NCBI RefSeq assembly: GCF_036321535.1
Contig: NC_087438.1
Span: forward strand, 684,001-748,000
Direction of reading: 5' to 3'
Source: Camelus dromedarius
Taxonomy: Eukaryota
Length of the DNA: 64,000 nt
Shown: piece by piece, positions 50,101-59,483 of the stretch
Numbering within the stretch: the stretch's first letter is position 1
Layout: each line of letters begins with the position of its first letter
The notes under the pieces: generated by a model
The model's input: the letters and a program-made list of their open reading frames with translations, nothing else
Told to the model about the DNA's origin: nothing
The model's database searches: none
Translations under genes and position numbers: made by a program

Positions 50101-53100
50101 CTGTACACCAGAAACTGACACACTGTAACTGACTGTACTCCAGTTAAAACAAATAAAATTAATAAAGGTAACACTGCTACCGAAGCAAAGGAAAAGTTGG
50201 AGAATGTCACCAAAAATCTGGAATGTGAGAAAATCCACATGGGATTTCTAGAGCTGAAAAATAGGCTGGTGGAACCCAAGAATTCAATAAATGGATTTCA
50301 CAATCAGAAACAGAGGTGCCCTTCAGTGACTGGGAGACAGGTGGATGTGTGCTGCTCTGGGGGTAGAGGCTGAGTGCCCTCACCACGAGCAGCAGGAAAC
50401 CCCACATGCTGGCGGCCCAGGGCATGAGCCCCTTAGCCTTCTCCAGCTCTGTTGAGGCCTGAGGACCCTGGCCACTGAGGGGGTGCCCTTGGGCCCCCAC
50501 CCCACTGTGCGGGCAGGGACAGCAAGCGAGGTCAGGAGTGCTGGTGACGCACTCTCTGGCCCCTCCCCTCCCAGAGCACAGGTGGCCCCTCCCCGAGGCC
50601 ACGGGCCAGGCACGGGCTCCTGGGGGAGGCCTCGGGGACACCACAGGCGCACACGCACGGCCCTGCTCCATCAGCGTCCCACCTCTCGGCAAGGCTGGTG
50701 TGCAGCGGGGGCCTCAGCTGTGAAGGTGCAGCAGCAGGAGACCCGCCAGCAACACGAACAAGAGTGAGGACGATGACCTGGAGGCCCCCACCGCAGACGG
50801 CACGCCCCACTGCGGGGCTCACAGCCCCACAGACCGCGCGCCCCACCACGGAGCGCACACCCTGCCTCTGAACACGCGCCCTGCGGGCCTCACGTGTCTC
50901 TTGAAGGACTTCCGGACGTGTCCGCGGGTGGCCCTCTGGACCACAGCATATCGGCGCACGCAGTACGTGCTCTCCTGGGGCCGGATCACTTTGGCGATCA
51001 CCTCCACCAGCCTGTCCTGAGGGAGGGCGTCGTACGCCCCCGTCACGTCCACCTACGTGGGAGCGGAGGAGCCTGATTACATGCTCACCTTGGCCCCTGA
51101 GTTCCCAGGTCCTGCTAGTTCTGACCTGGCTTTAGCAAACCCTGTGAGGAATCAGACAAGGGAGGACAGGGGAGACCCTGAAGCCCCCACCATCCCATCC
51201 TCGCCACACACCCACCCTCCGTGGGGCTCTCATGGAGGCACCTCAACTCCCCCAGACTCCGAGCACCCCCAGATCGGGTCTGCGCCCTCTCTGGGCTGCA
51301 GGCTGGTGACCAGGAGATGCTGGCAGATGGCCAGGGCTCTCGGGGCCCAGTGCCGGGATCCGAGCAGGTGGGCTTCCTTCTGTGAAGGGGACCCTGAGGG
51401 CAGGAGCCCCCGTGGAGCTGGGGTGCAGTAACGGAGTCAACTCCAGCAGGGAAGGCACAGAGCTTCTGCCCTTGGGAGCTGGGCACCCCCGCATGCAGAC
51501 GGGGTCCCCTGACTTCCTGCTCACAGGAACATTTGTGGGATAAGGATGTGGCTGCACCAGGGGCACCCTATCCGGGCAAACAGGACCTGCAGAAGGCCGG
51601 CCATGCCCCTAGACAGGGGCAGGCCACCCGCAGGGGCAGCTCCCACAGGCCCCCGAGGCCTGGCCATCTCCCTTGACAGGTGTCGGGGGTGAGGCCCGGC
51701 CCTCACCTTGACGAAGTACAGAGGGGGTGCTGGGTGCCGGGCCCTCAGGGGCAGCACGAAGGCTCGCCAGGCCCTGTAGACGTCGTCCACGCCCAGCACG
51801 GAGGCCCCCAGGAGGCCCGGGCGCCGCGTCCGCTCATAGTTCAGAACAGCAAACAGGGTCTTGACCCGGGAGGAGAGGTGCTGGACCTGCAGGCCCAGCC
51901 CAGGAAGGCCAGTGTCATCAGAGGGGCCCCAGCCAAATGGGACCCAGGGTCAGACCGCCCCAGGGACGAGAGAGGCTGATCCCATTCGGTGTCCCCTGTG
52001 GCCTCCCCTGCCCACCCCCACCCCCAGGGTCTCCCCAGGGACCCGTCGTGGGATCCTGGACACGTATGGAAAAATGCAGCCAGCTACACTGCTGATCCCC
52101 TCTACCTGGGCCCCACCCAGCAGGAAGGGACGCTGCCCCCCAGGGCCCCCCCACCAAGTGAGGAGTTCATCTGTGCTCAAAACCAAAACCTCTGTCAATA
52201 TCGACAGCTTTTCCTTCCACTAATGACAAAATCAACCCCAAATACCATAGGGGGCACTCGGAAGGGGTGACACATGGCGCCGCGGTGGGGGGGAGGAGTC
52301 ACGGAGGCTAACCCCGGGGGTGAGGTCCTACAGGGTCCTCGGGACCCCAGAGGGCGGGTGACAGCTCATCACGTGGTTCCTCTTGCCCCTGGATCCAAGA
52401 GAGCACACGGTCCCCCACCGCAGGACTCCAGGAGCTGGCGCACGGGGGCCGTGTCATGACATCCCTGTGGGCTCCTGGAGCCTGTCCAGCACCTTGAAGG
52501 GCTGGCCTTTCCAGGAGCGCCTCTCGGGACCGGGGAATCCCGCCCCTCCATGGCCCGAGATGCGGCAGGCGCTGGCCTCCTCATGGCCGCCGGCCTCCTC
52601 GGGGTGGATCCTGACGGCACCAATGCCAGATCCTGGGTTTAAAAGCATTTTGCTTCCAAGTGACACAAGCGGTGACCTTCTTGTCCCGGGGGGCGGTCCT
52701 GGCTCCCGCGACGTAGTCCATGTTCACAATTGGCCGCAGCCCGCTGGGCTTGGGGAGGAAGCGGAGTCTGGATGTCAGCAGAGCGTGCCTGGCCTCCTGG
52801 TGTCGCTTGACCTCGGCTTCCGACAGTTCTCGAAGCCGCACGCGATCTAAGTGTTGTCTGGAACAGAAAGGCCCGCAGGGAGCCAGGGCGGGTAAGCCCG
52901 GCAGACCCTGGTGCCCGTGCGGTCGGCAGAGCCCGGTGCCCAGTGCCCAGCACCTGGATGCAGCGGTGCAGCTAGGTGCCTGCTGGAGGCCCCTCCACGG
53001 CGGGGCCAGGACACCCAGCTCCTCTGGACAGAGCCCTGGGTAGTGCAGGCTGGGGCCGGATGGGACCCTTGGGCCAGAGACTCCGCCTTCCTCCACACAG

Positions 53101-56100
53101 AACGAGCAGCGGGTGCTCGGAGCAGTCCCTGTGGACCTGCCAGCTCCCTTCGGCCTTTACCCGAAAGCCACCCACAAGGAGGGGCTAGGTGCCCCCCACC
53201 TCCTGGCCGCTGGGGCGAGAACGCTCCCTGGACTGGGGGCCCCGGGGTGAAGGGTGGCTCACAAGCAGAGCACATCATGGAACGCGAAGGCCCACCGGCA
53301 GAGGACGTCCCCACGGTCCCCGCAAGATGAACCTAGAGGCCGCTTGGGACCACTGGCCGTGAAATACTTTAAATAAGGTGCACCGTGCATGAGCTCAGGC
53401 CCTGACAAAGGCCTCCAAGCCTCTCCTGGATGCCGGACACCCCCATGTGGCCCAAGGCCCAGCCCGGCTCCCTCCGCGGACGTCTTGACTCAGGGCACGG
53501 GTCTGGCCCGAGCGCACAGCTGCGCCCTCTGATGCTGGGCACCTCGGCCAAGCTCAGCCCATGTCTTTGAGGCTGTCACATGATCCTGATTGAATCCCAA
53601 TGCAGCTCACATCCGCCCAATCCTTTAAAAGGGACATAAAACAGCCACTGAGCAATGGAGACAAAGCCAGTGGTCACCGTGAGGCAGGCAGCCTCTGGAA
53701 GTGCCGCTGCTCGGGGACTCGGTCCCGGGTAATTCCCGCAGCACCTGTCACGCAGTCACACTTGCTCTGCGGAGTGAAACCGCCCTGGGCCCACGAGTAG
53801 AGAGCAGTGAGCGGTCCGCCCGTGCTGTTTCCATCAGTCAAACCGCACCCCCTGCCCAGCCCCTTCAGACCCTCTCGTTCAAACCCTGGGCTTTACGGGT
53901 AAGAAGAGGGGGGCTGCAGGGGTCCATGCCGAGTGCAGGACCCCGGCTCACACGCCCCTGGTGCAGCCAGAGCCACGGGGAGCCCGGCGGGGGCTGGGAG
54001 TAGGAGTCGGCACTCAGCTTACTGACGTCTGCACAGGTGGGAAGCAGAGATCGCGTGACACCCGAGGGCCACCCTACCTGATGCCGATGCTTTGCAGCTG
54101 GGTCCAGACGCTCTTCCGGAAGAAGAAGAGCCGGTTCTTCTGAAACGTGGTCTCCGTGACATAAAAGAACGCCCTGAGCAGCTCGACCACATATGTGCCC
54201 ATCAACCAGCACAGGAACTTGGCCAGGACGGCCTCTCTCAGACGGTGCTCCTCAGCCGGGACGCAGCCAGCTCCTGGGGAGACAGGCCTGCTCACCCCAT
54301 CTGTGCTGGCCAGGCAGGCCTGGACTGAGATGCGCGTACACGCGGCCTGCACACACACGGGTCTCAGAGACTCGGCAGAGGAAGAACCTGGGATTGCGGC
54401 AGCGAGCTCCGCCCAGTTATGCGCTAAAGTGCCGATACTGGTCCCTGGGCTGTGATACGTTAGTTTCACCTTTGTTCCTTTCTTGTCACGGCTGCTGGAA
54501 GACTTAAACGACATCGTGACTCTAGTTCTACTCCTGGGCAGCGATGCCGTGGAGATTCAGCACTTGTCCTGGTTTACACGCAGGTGGGGCTCCGGCCCTG
54601 ACACTGACCAGCAGGACCCAGAAATGCCTGGGGCTTTCCAGGCTAGACAATGGTGTGGGGGGGGGGTCACACACCAGCTCAGGGATGTCAGACGCCTAGG
54701 GGTTCTGAACACGCACCATGGGCCAAGATGACCACCAGCCCTGGTAGATCTCTGTGCTTTTGTTTCGTTTATTTTTTCGGGGAGTAGTAATTAGGTTTAT
54801 TTATTTATTTAATGGAGGTACCGGGGACTGAACGCAGGGCCTCTTGCACGCTAAGCACGCACTCTACCACTGAGCTACACCCTCCCAACACCCGGTCCTC
54901 TGCGTTTTATCCTGTGCACTTGGAAACGTCATGAGCAGAGGTGCACGGGTTTCCCCAGAGCCTCAGCACAGAGTTAAGGTTTTTCCACCAGTAATAGACA
55001 TGAAAGAAACAAAGGAAAAGAAAGGGGCCCAGAGGCAGGTCTGGGACAGGAAACAGATGGCGGACAAAGAGAAGAGACGAGGGGATAAAGCTAAATAAGC
55101 TTCGACCGGAGAAGCAGCAACAGCAGCGTCTAACGTGGACACAACGGTGTTAGTGGGTGGTGACCCGACCCTGGCACCCAGATTACCATGCTTCAGATGG
55201 TAATCACCAAGGGAGGAGAAACGGAGAGTGTGCACCTAACCGCCCCGGGGCAGAGCCAACACGCACAGTGAGAAAACGCACACAATCCATCAGGAAGCCA
55301 GAAGTATGGACACGGAAAAGCAGACACGCTGGGAAGATGGAAAGCGCATCGAAACCTGTCCATCATCACGGAACAGTGAAAATAAATGACACCTGGTAAG
55401 TGGTGAAGACCGTCAGGCTGAGTTGAAAATAAATGTAAAACTCTCTGCTCTTGGTAAGGCACCTCAACTTTGAGGCTACATAAAGGGTACAGACAAAAAC
55501 CAGAAGATGAAACATGACCCAAGAGGTAAATGCTGACCCACAGGAGGCCAGGGCAGCGGCTCCGTGAGCAGTTAGACAGACTCAGGTGAAAAGAGTCACT
55601 AGACACTTTCCAGGAAGAGAAACTGTAGAGCGTGCACCCTACCAGGACGAGACGTGGACACACCCACCCCAGGGGCAGGCCCACCCTTGGCATTGTGGCC
55701 CCTGGCAGGATACACAAGTTTTGTGCAGCACCTGGTGGAGAACACGGCACCATCCCCGGGCCCCTGACACCCTGACCAGCAGCGCAAACGCCCACGCACA
55801 AGGCCAAGCAGGCCTCCAGCGCTCAGGGAAGCCTGCGGACCACCACCCGGCCACGTCAGAAACCAGCTGAAGGTGATTTACAACGGCCCAAATAGCTCCG
55901 GGATTAAAGGAGAAATCACGGAAGGAACAGAAAACACAGAAAAGCGGCTGATATCAAAACGCGCAGCCGAAGCGAGCAGGGCACAGAGATCACACGAACG
56001 CACTGTGGGGCAGACGCAGGACTGGGAGTCAGAGCAGGAATGGCGGGCGGCCCAGAAAGCGGGAGATGATGAACTTCAGACCTCAGCCGACAGCCCTGCT

Positions 56101-59100
56101 GAGACGTGGGAGCCACTCGATGGTCCAAGGGGCTCCGCAGGAGGGGCACGCCCCCACCCACAGGGCGGGAAAAGCCATCACTGCCAGATGTGCATGGACG
56201 GGACGGGCTGACCAGAGGCCAAGCGCAGTCCAGGGACCCGGGTCGAAGCAGCGAGCAGGAGTCGTTCTTGTCACAGCTCTGGCCACACCGGACAGCAGAT
56301 GTGGACAGCCTGGGGGGCTGGCCTCTGGCGCTGGGAACCGGGGAGGTGACGAGTTTCAACAGGCAGTGCGGTGGGCAAGGCAATGGCCAAACCCAGCTCA
56401 ACAGAGGCAAAGAAGCCCAGTGCTGTGGACGGAGTGGCCGGGAGGCCATCCCGGCTGTCTACATCACCTGGCCTGGGGGTGTCCTGGGGAGCCGGAAACA
56501 GTGTGCACCAGTGCCCACCGGAGACCACCGAAACCATGATCCTGGCGACTGCGGCTGGTCGTTTCAAAGCCCCCACCCCAGGAAACTGTCCCATGCATCC
56601 TGGGCGGGCAAGTCGGACTCTGACAGAGGCTCTGCAGTCACCTCCTCCTTGAAGAAGTGGAAGCTCGGGATTCGGGGGAGGCCCGACCTGGGGTCTGTCC
56701 TTCCGGCCGCTCCACCACACAGAGAGCAGGGAGGGGGATGGTCCGTTTCTTTCCTGGCTCCGGTCTGACAAGGAGGGCACTGACTGAGAGGGGCAAGTGG
56801 CGGCTGGACCAGAGGAACCACAACATGAAGCCCAGAAAACCACAGTGGGAGGGACATCGCAGGCCTGGCTTCACAGAAACTCCTGCCGGGACACACAGGG
56901 CTGCCCACCTCCCTGAGACAGGGAAGGGGGGTGTCCTGCTGCTCCTCTCTGCCCTCGGTGACCTTGGGGCCTCATTCAAGGACATCGTCTTTTCACTCCT
57001 CCCGTGTGCCTGGCCCTGGCCTAGCAGACATGCAGTCAGAACTCACATTAGGACCTGCATATCGCCGACCAAATGTGTCGGGAACCCAGGAGCCCTGCCT
57101 CCCACCCCCCTGATAAGGGGCTTCTTGGCCCAGGACCCATTTCTATCAGTGGGGCACCATTTCAAGGTGATAAAGCTTCAAGTAGGAAAGGGGTAATGAG
57201 GAACCTGCAGGCATGCTCACGAGAGCTCCAGGCACCTCTGTCTGTCGTCACAGTCCTGCTCACCTGCTCTCTGCCACCGCCCCCCAACCCAGCGCCCAGA
57301 ACCTGCCCAAGTCCACGAAGGTCCGCAGATTCATGCAAACTGGGTGGGAGTGGGTCGGGAGCAGAGAAGTCAGATGGAGCCACCCAACAGCCACCAAGAA
57401 GCCCACTGCGCTGGAGCGAGGTGCGGAGAGGGCCCTGTTGCGTCCCAGGTCCTGGGGTCCGGTCCTGCAGGGCCAGCCAGCACCTTCTCACCTGGGCTCC
57501 TCACCTGGGCTCCTGCGCAGCCAGGTGCAGTCCTGCACTTTCATCTTCCACGTCAGCTCCTGCAGCGACAGCTTGGCGTGCTTTCCCAGGGAGACTAGCT
57601 TCTTAACGTTCCTCATAAAGCGGCGCTGGTTGTGCCTGGAGCCCCAGAGGCCAGCAGGCACCAGCCTGTGAAGACAGGCTCGCAGGAGCGCGTACACCTG
57701 CCAGGGGCTGCTGTGCTGGCGGAGCAGCTGGACCAGGCACCGCGGGCCGGTGTGCCCCTCCGGGGCTGCCGTGGGCCTCTCCAGGGTGCAGGTGTCCACC
57801 CCATTGCGCTCCGGGATGCCTGACCCTGCCCAGGTGGCCTCGGTCCGCAGCGGGCAGTGCGCCCTGAGCAGTGCTTGGTAGGGACATCGCGCATGGTTCT
57901 CAAGCAGCTCCCGGAACAGGGGCCTCATCTGCCAGTAGCGGGCGGGCAGGCGGCGCGTCCTGCCGGGAGCCCCTGGCCGCCAGGGCTTCGAGCTCAGAAA
58001 GATGGTCTCCAGGAGCTTCCGGGCCCCCGCCAAGCTGGGAGGCAGGGAGCAGAGCAGGAACGAGCGGCGCAGCCGTTCCTCGCTCCCCGGGCAGTACAGG
58101 AAGTGCTTGGTCTCCACGCACACTCGGGGACCGGGCACGCCCTGGGGATGTGACTGCTGCCAGGATGCCAAGCCTGCACCGCAATCGCCACCCGCCAGCG
58201 GGAGGGGGCAACGGGTCCGGGGCACCTCATCCTCCTGAGACTCGGCTTCCGCGGCAGCTCTGGTCTCTGTTACCGCGCGGGGGTCGCTGTCGCTAGGTCC
58301 AGTAGCCCTGCCCAGGTGGGCCCCGGACGCCTGCCCATTGGGTCCTCGCTCTGGCCTCGAAGCGCGCCTGGGCCTCTTGGCTGGAGGCGGACGACCCTCT
58401 GCGCTGCCCCAACGCCGCTTCACGCCCGGGGCGGGCAGCCCCCAGGGTCCCCCAGCGTTCCCGTCGTTCCGGGCTTGGCGCGTAGGTCCGAGGCCTGCCT
58501 GGGGGCCGCCCGCGGGTCCGGGCCGAGCCGCGGCGCCGCTGCAGAGGTCATAGAGCGGCGGCCCGCACAGCTGGTAGGCGCAGCTCGGGGCCACCAGCAA
58601 GTAGAGCGCGCAGCGCGCCAGCAGGTGGGTGAGCACGTCGTCGCCCACGCGGCGCAGCAGCAGCCCCCACGCGCCGCTGCCGCGCAGCGTGTCGGTCACC
58701 GTGTTGGGCAGGTAGCTGCGCACGCTGGTCGTGAAGGCCACGGGCGGCCCGCCGCGGGCCCCGTCCAGCAGCGCGAAGCCGAAAGCCAGCACGTTCCTCG
58801 CGCCGCGCTCACAGAGCCTCTGCACGACCCGGGCCACCAGCTCCTTCAGGCTGGACACCTGCGTGGAAGGGGTCCTGAGTCGCTGGAAACAGAGGTACAT
58901 CGTTCCCCACCCTCTGACCCCCGACCTGGGTCCCTGGGGACAGCCCACCTGGCGGAAGGACGGGGCGGCGGGGGGCGGCTGTGCGTCCCAGGGCACGCAC
59001 ACCAAGCACTGGGCCACCAGCGCGCGGAAGGCCGCCGGGTCCCCGCGCCGCACCAGCCGCCGGCCCTCGGGCCCCAGGCGCCGCACGAAGGTGGCCAGCG

Positions 59101-59167
59101 GCAGCACCTGCCGGTAGCGGCTCCGCAGCAGGGAGCGCACCGCCCGGCACTGCAGCGCGCGCGGCAT
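41008..59167 (-). CDS. TERT: Telomerase reverse transcriptase, 16 coding exons, 1133 aa
   Basis: Exons 59167-58949, 58858-57505, 54273-54078, 52857-52677, 51886-51707, 51052-50894, 49431-49336, 48839-48754, 48081-47968, 47560-47489, 46631-46443, 44856-44730, 44361-44300, 42439-42315, 41551-41414, 41111-41008. Total 3402 nt. T-motif FFYVTE, motif [11 protein letters not shown], motif B PQGS, motif C LVDDF, motif E PWCG, C-terminus DFKTILD. Confidence 0.98.
41414..41551 (-). CDS. TERT: TERT exon 15
   Basis: [21 protein letters not shown]; 138 nt. Confidence 0.95.
42315..42439 (-). CDS. TERT: TERT exon 14
   Basis: [24 protein letters not shown]; 125 nt. Confidence 0.95.
44300..44361 (-). CDS. 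TERT: TERT exon 13
   Basis: [20 protein letters not shown]; 62 nt. Confidence 0.95.
44730..44856 (-). CDS. TERT: TERT exon 12
   Basis: [12 protein letters not shown]...LFLDLQ; 127 nt. Confidence 0.96.
45775..46060 (+). mobile_element. MLT1 (MaLR) LTR fragment in TERT intron 11
   Basis: aattcacgtgttgaagccctgacc, gggccctaacc, cacctggacctcagcttccag, tctgtggtacttt. Confidence 0.65.
46443..46631 (-). CDS. TERT: TERT exon 11 (motifs D, E)
   Basis: [18 protein letters not shown]...[10 protein letters not shown]; 189 nt. Confidence 0.96.
47489..47560 (-). CDS. TERT: TERT exon 10 (motif C)
   Basis: [16 protein letters not shown]; 72 nt. Confidence 0.96.
47968..48081 (-). CDS. TERT: TERT exon 9 (motif B')
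   Basis: [27 protein letters not shown]; 114 nt. Confidence 0.96.
48754..48839 (-). CDS. TERT: TERT exon 8
   Basis: [19 protein letters not shown]; 86 nt. Confidence 0.94.
49336..49431 (-). CDS. TERT: TERT exon 7
   Basis: [19 protein letters not shown]...VIEQ; 96 nt. Confidence 0.94.
49845..50166 (+). mobile_element. 5'-truncated L1 3' UTR with A-rich tail, TERT intron 6
   Basis: cagactcacagac...gggataaatttggg...ctgtacagcacaggaaactatattca...tgctgtacaccagaaactgacaca...aaaacaaataaaattaataaa; AT-rich and little decayed. Confidence 0.85.
50170..50320 (+). mobile_element. Older L1M ORF1 remnant next to the younger L1
   Basis: tttctagagctgaaaaata...aattcaataaatggatt resembles L1M ORF1 coiled-coil DNA. 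Confidence 0.45.
50894..51052 (-). CDS. TERT: TERT exon 6 (motif A)
   Basis: [12 protein letters not shown]...KSFKRH; 159 nt. Confidence 0.96.
51707..51886 (-). CDS. TERT: TERT exon 5
   Basis: [19 protein letters not shown]...LYFVK; 180 nt. Confidence 0.95.
52677..52857 (-). CDS. TERT: TERT exon 4 (motifs 1, 2)
   Basis: [18 protein letters not shown]; 181 nt. Confidence 0.95.
54078..54273 (-). CDS. TERT: TERT exon 3 (T-motif)
   Basis: [21 protein letters not shown]; 196 nt. Confidence 0.96.
54758..54886 (-). mobile_element. tRNA-Ala-derived SINE (camelid vic-1-like), TERT intron 2
   Basis: Minus strand GGGAGGGTGTAGCTCAGTGGTAGAGTGCGTGCTTAGCGTGCAAGAGGCCCTGCGTTCAGTCCCCGGTACCTCCA-TTAAATAAATAAATAAACCTAATTAC...AAAA: A box, degenerate B box, A-rich tail. 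Confidence 0.8.
54990..56130 (+). mobile_element. Heavily decayed L1M (inter-ORF/ORF2 endonuclease region), TERT intron 2
   Basis: A-rich plus strand with degenerate L1 ORF2 5' pattern (gtgaaaataaatga..., aaggcacctcaacttt..., ttagacagactcaggtgaaaagagt). Confidence 0.5.
57505..58858 (-). CDS. TERT: TERT exon 2
   Basis: [17 protein letters not shown]...WLRRSP; 1354 nt. Confidence 0.95.
58949..59167 (-). CDS. TERT: TERT exon 1
   Basis: [16 protein letters not shown]...APSFRQ; 219 nt. Confidence 0.96.
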
Positions 59168-59468
59168 GGCCGGCAAGAGGAGGGGGTCTGCGCAGAGGAA
59201 GGGGCGGGGCCGGGAGGAGGAAGGGGCGGGGTCGCGGGAGGCCGGCAGCCCCGCCCTTCACCCGCCCTCCGGGTGAGGGTGAGGCCCGGTGTTTGCACAG
59301 GTACCACGAGGACCTGTCCCCACCGCTCAGCTGTCCCGGGGCCGCCTCTCCACCCACGCGCCGCGACCCCTCCCAGGCTCAGGGGTCGCGCGAGGGTCGC
59401 ACAGAGGAGAGGCCCTGTGGTACCTGAGGGAGGGGACCATAACGTGGGGTCCCTGAGGGCGGAGTTCG

Positions 59469-59483
59469 GCGCCCCCTGGGGGG
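59469..59483 (-). promoter_or_regulatory. Candidate CTCF site upstream of TERT
   Basis: Minus strand CCCCCCAGGGGGCGC, close to CTCF core CCASYAGRKGGCRS. Confidence 0.5.

Noticed and set aside
54813..54886. tRNA-Ala(AGC) gene
   Set aside because: Degenerate B box and stems plus an attached TAAA/A-rich tail indicate a SINE rather than a functional tRNA.
41008..59167. Reverse transcriptase as a novel retroelement or defence system
   Set aside because: It is canonical 16-exon TERT with the T-motif and expected synteny.
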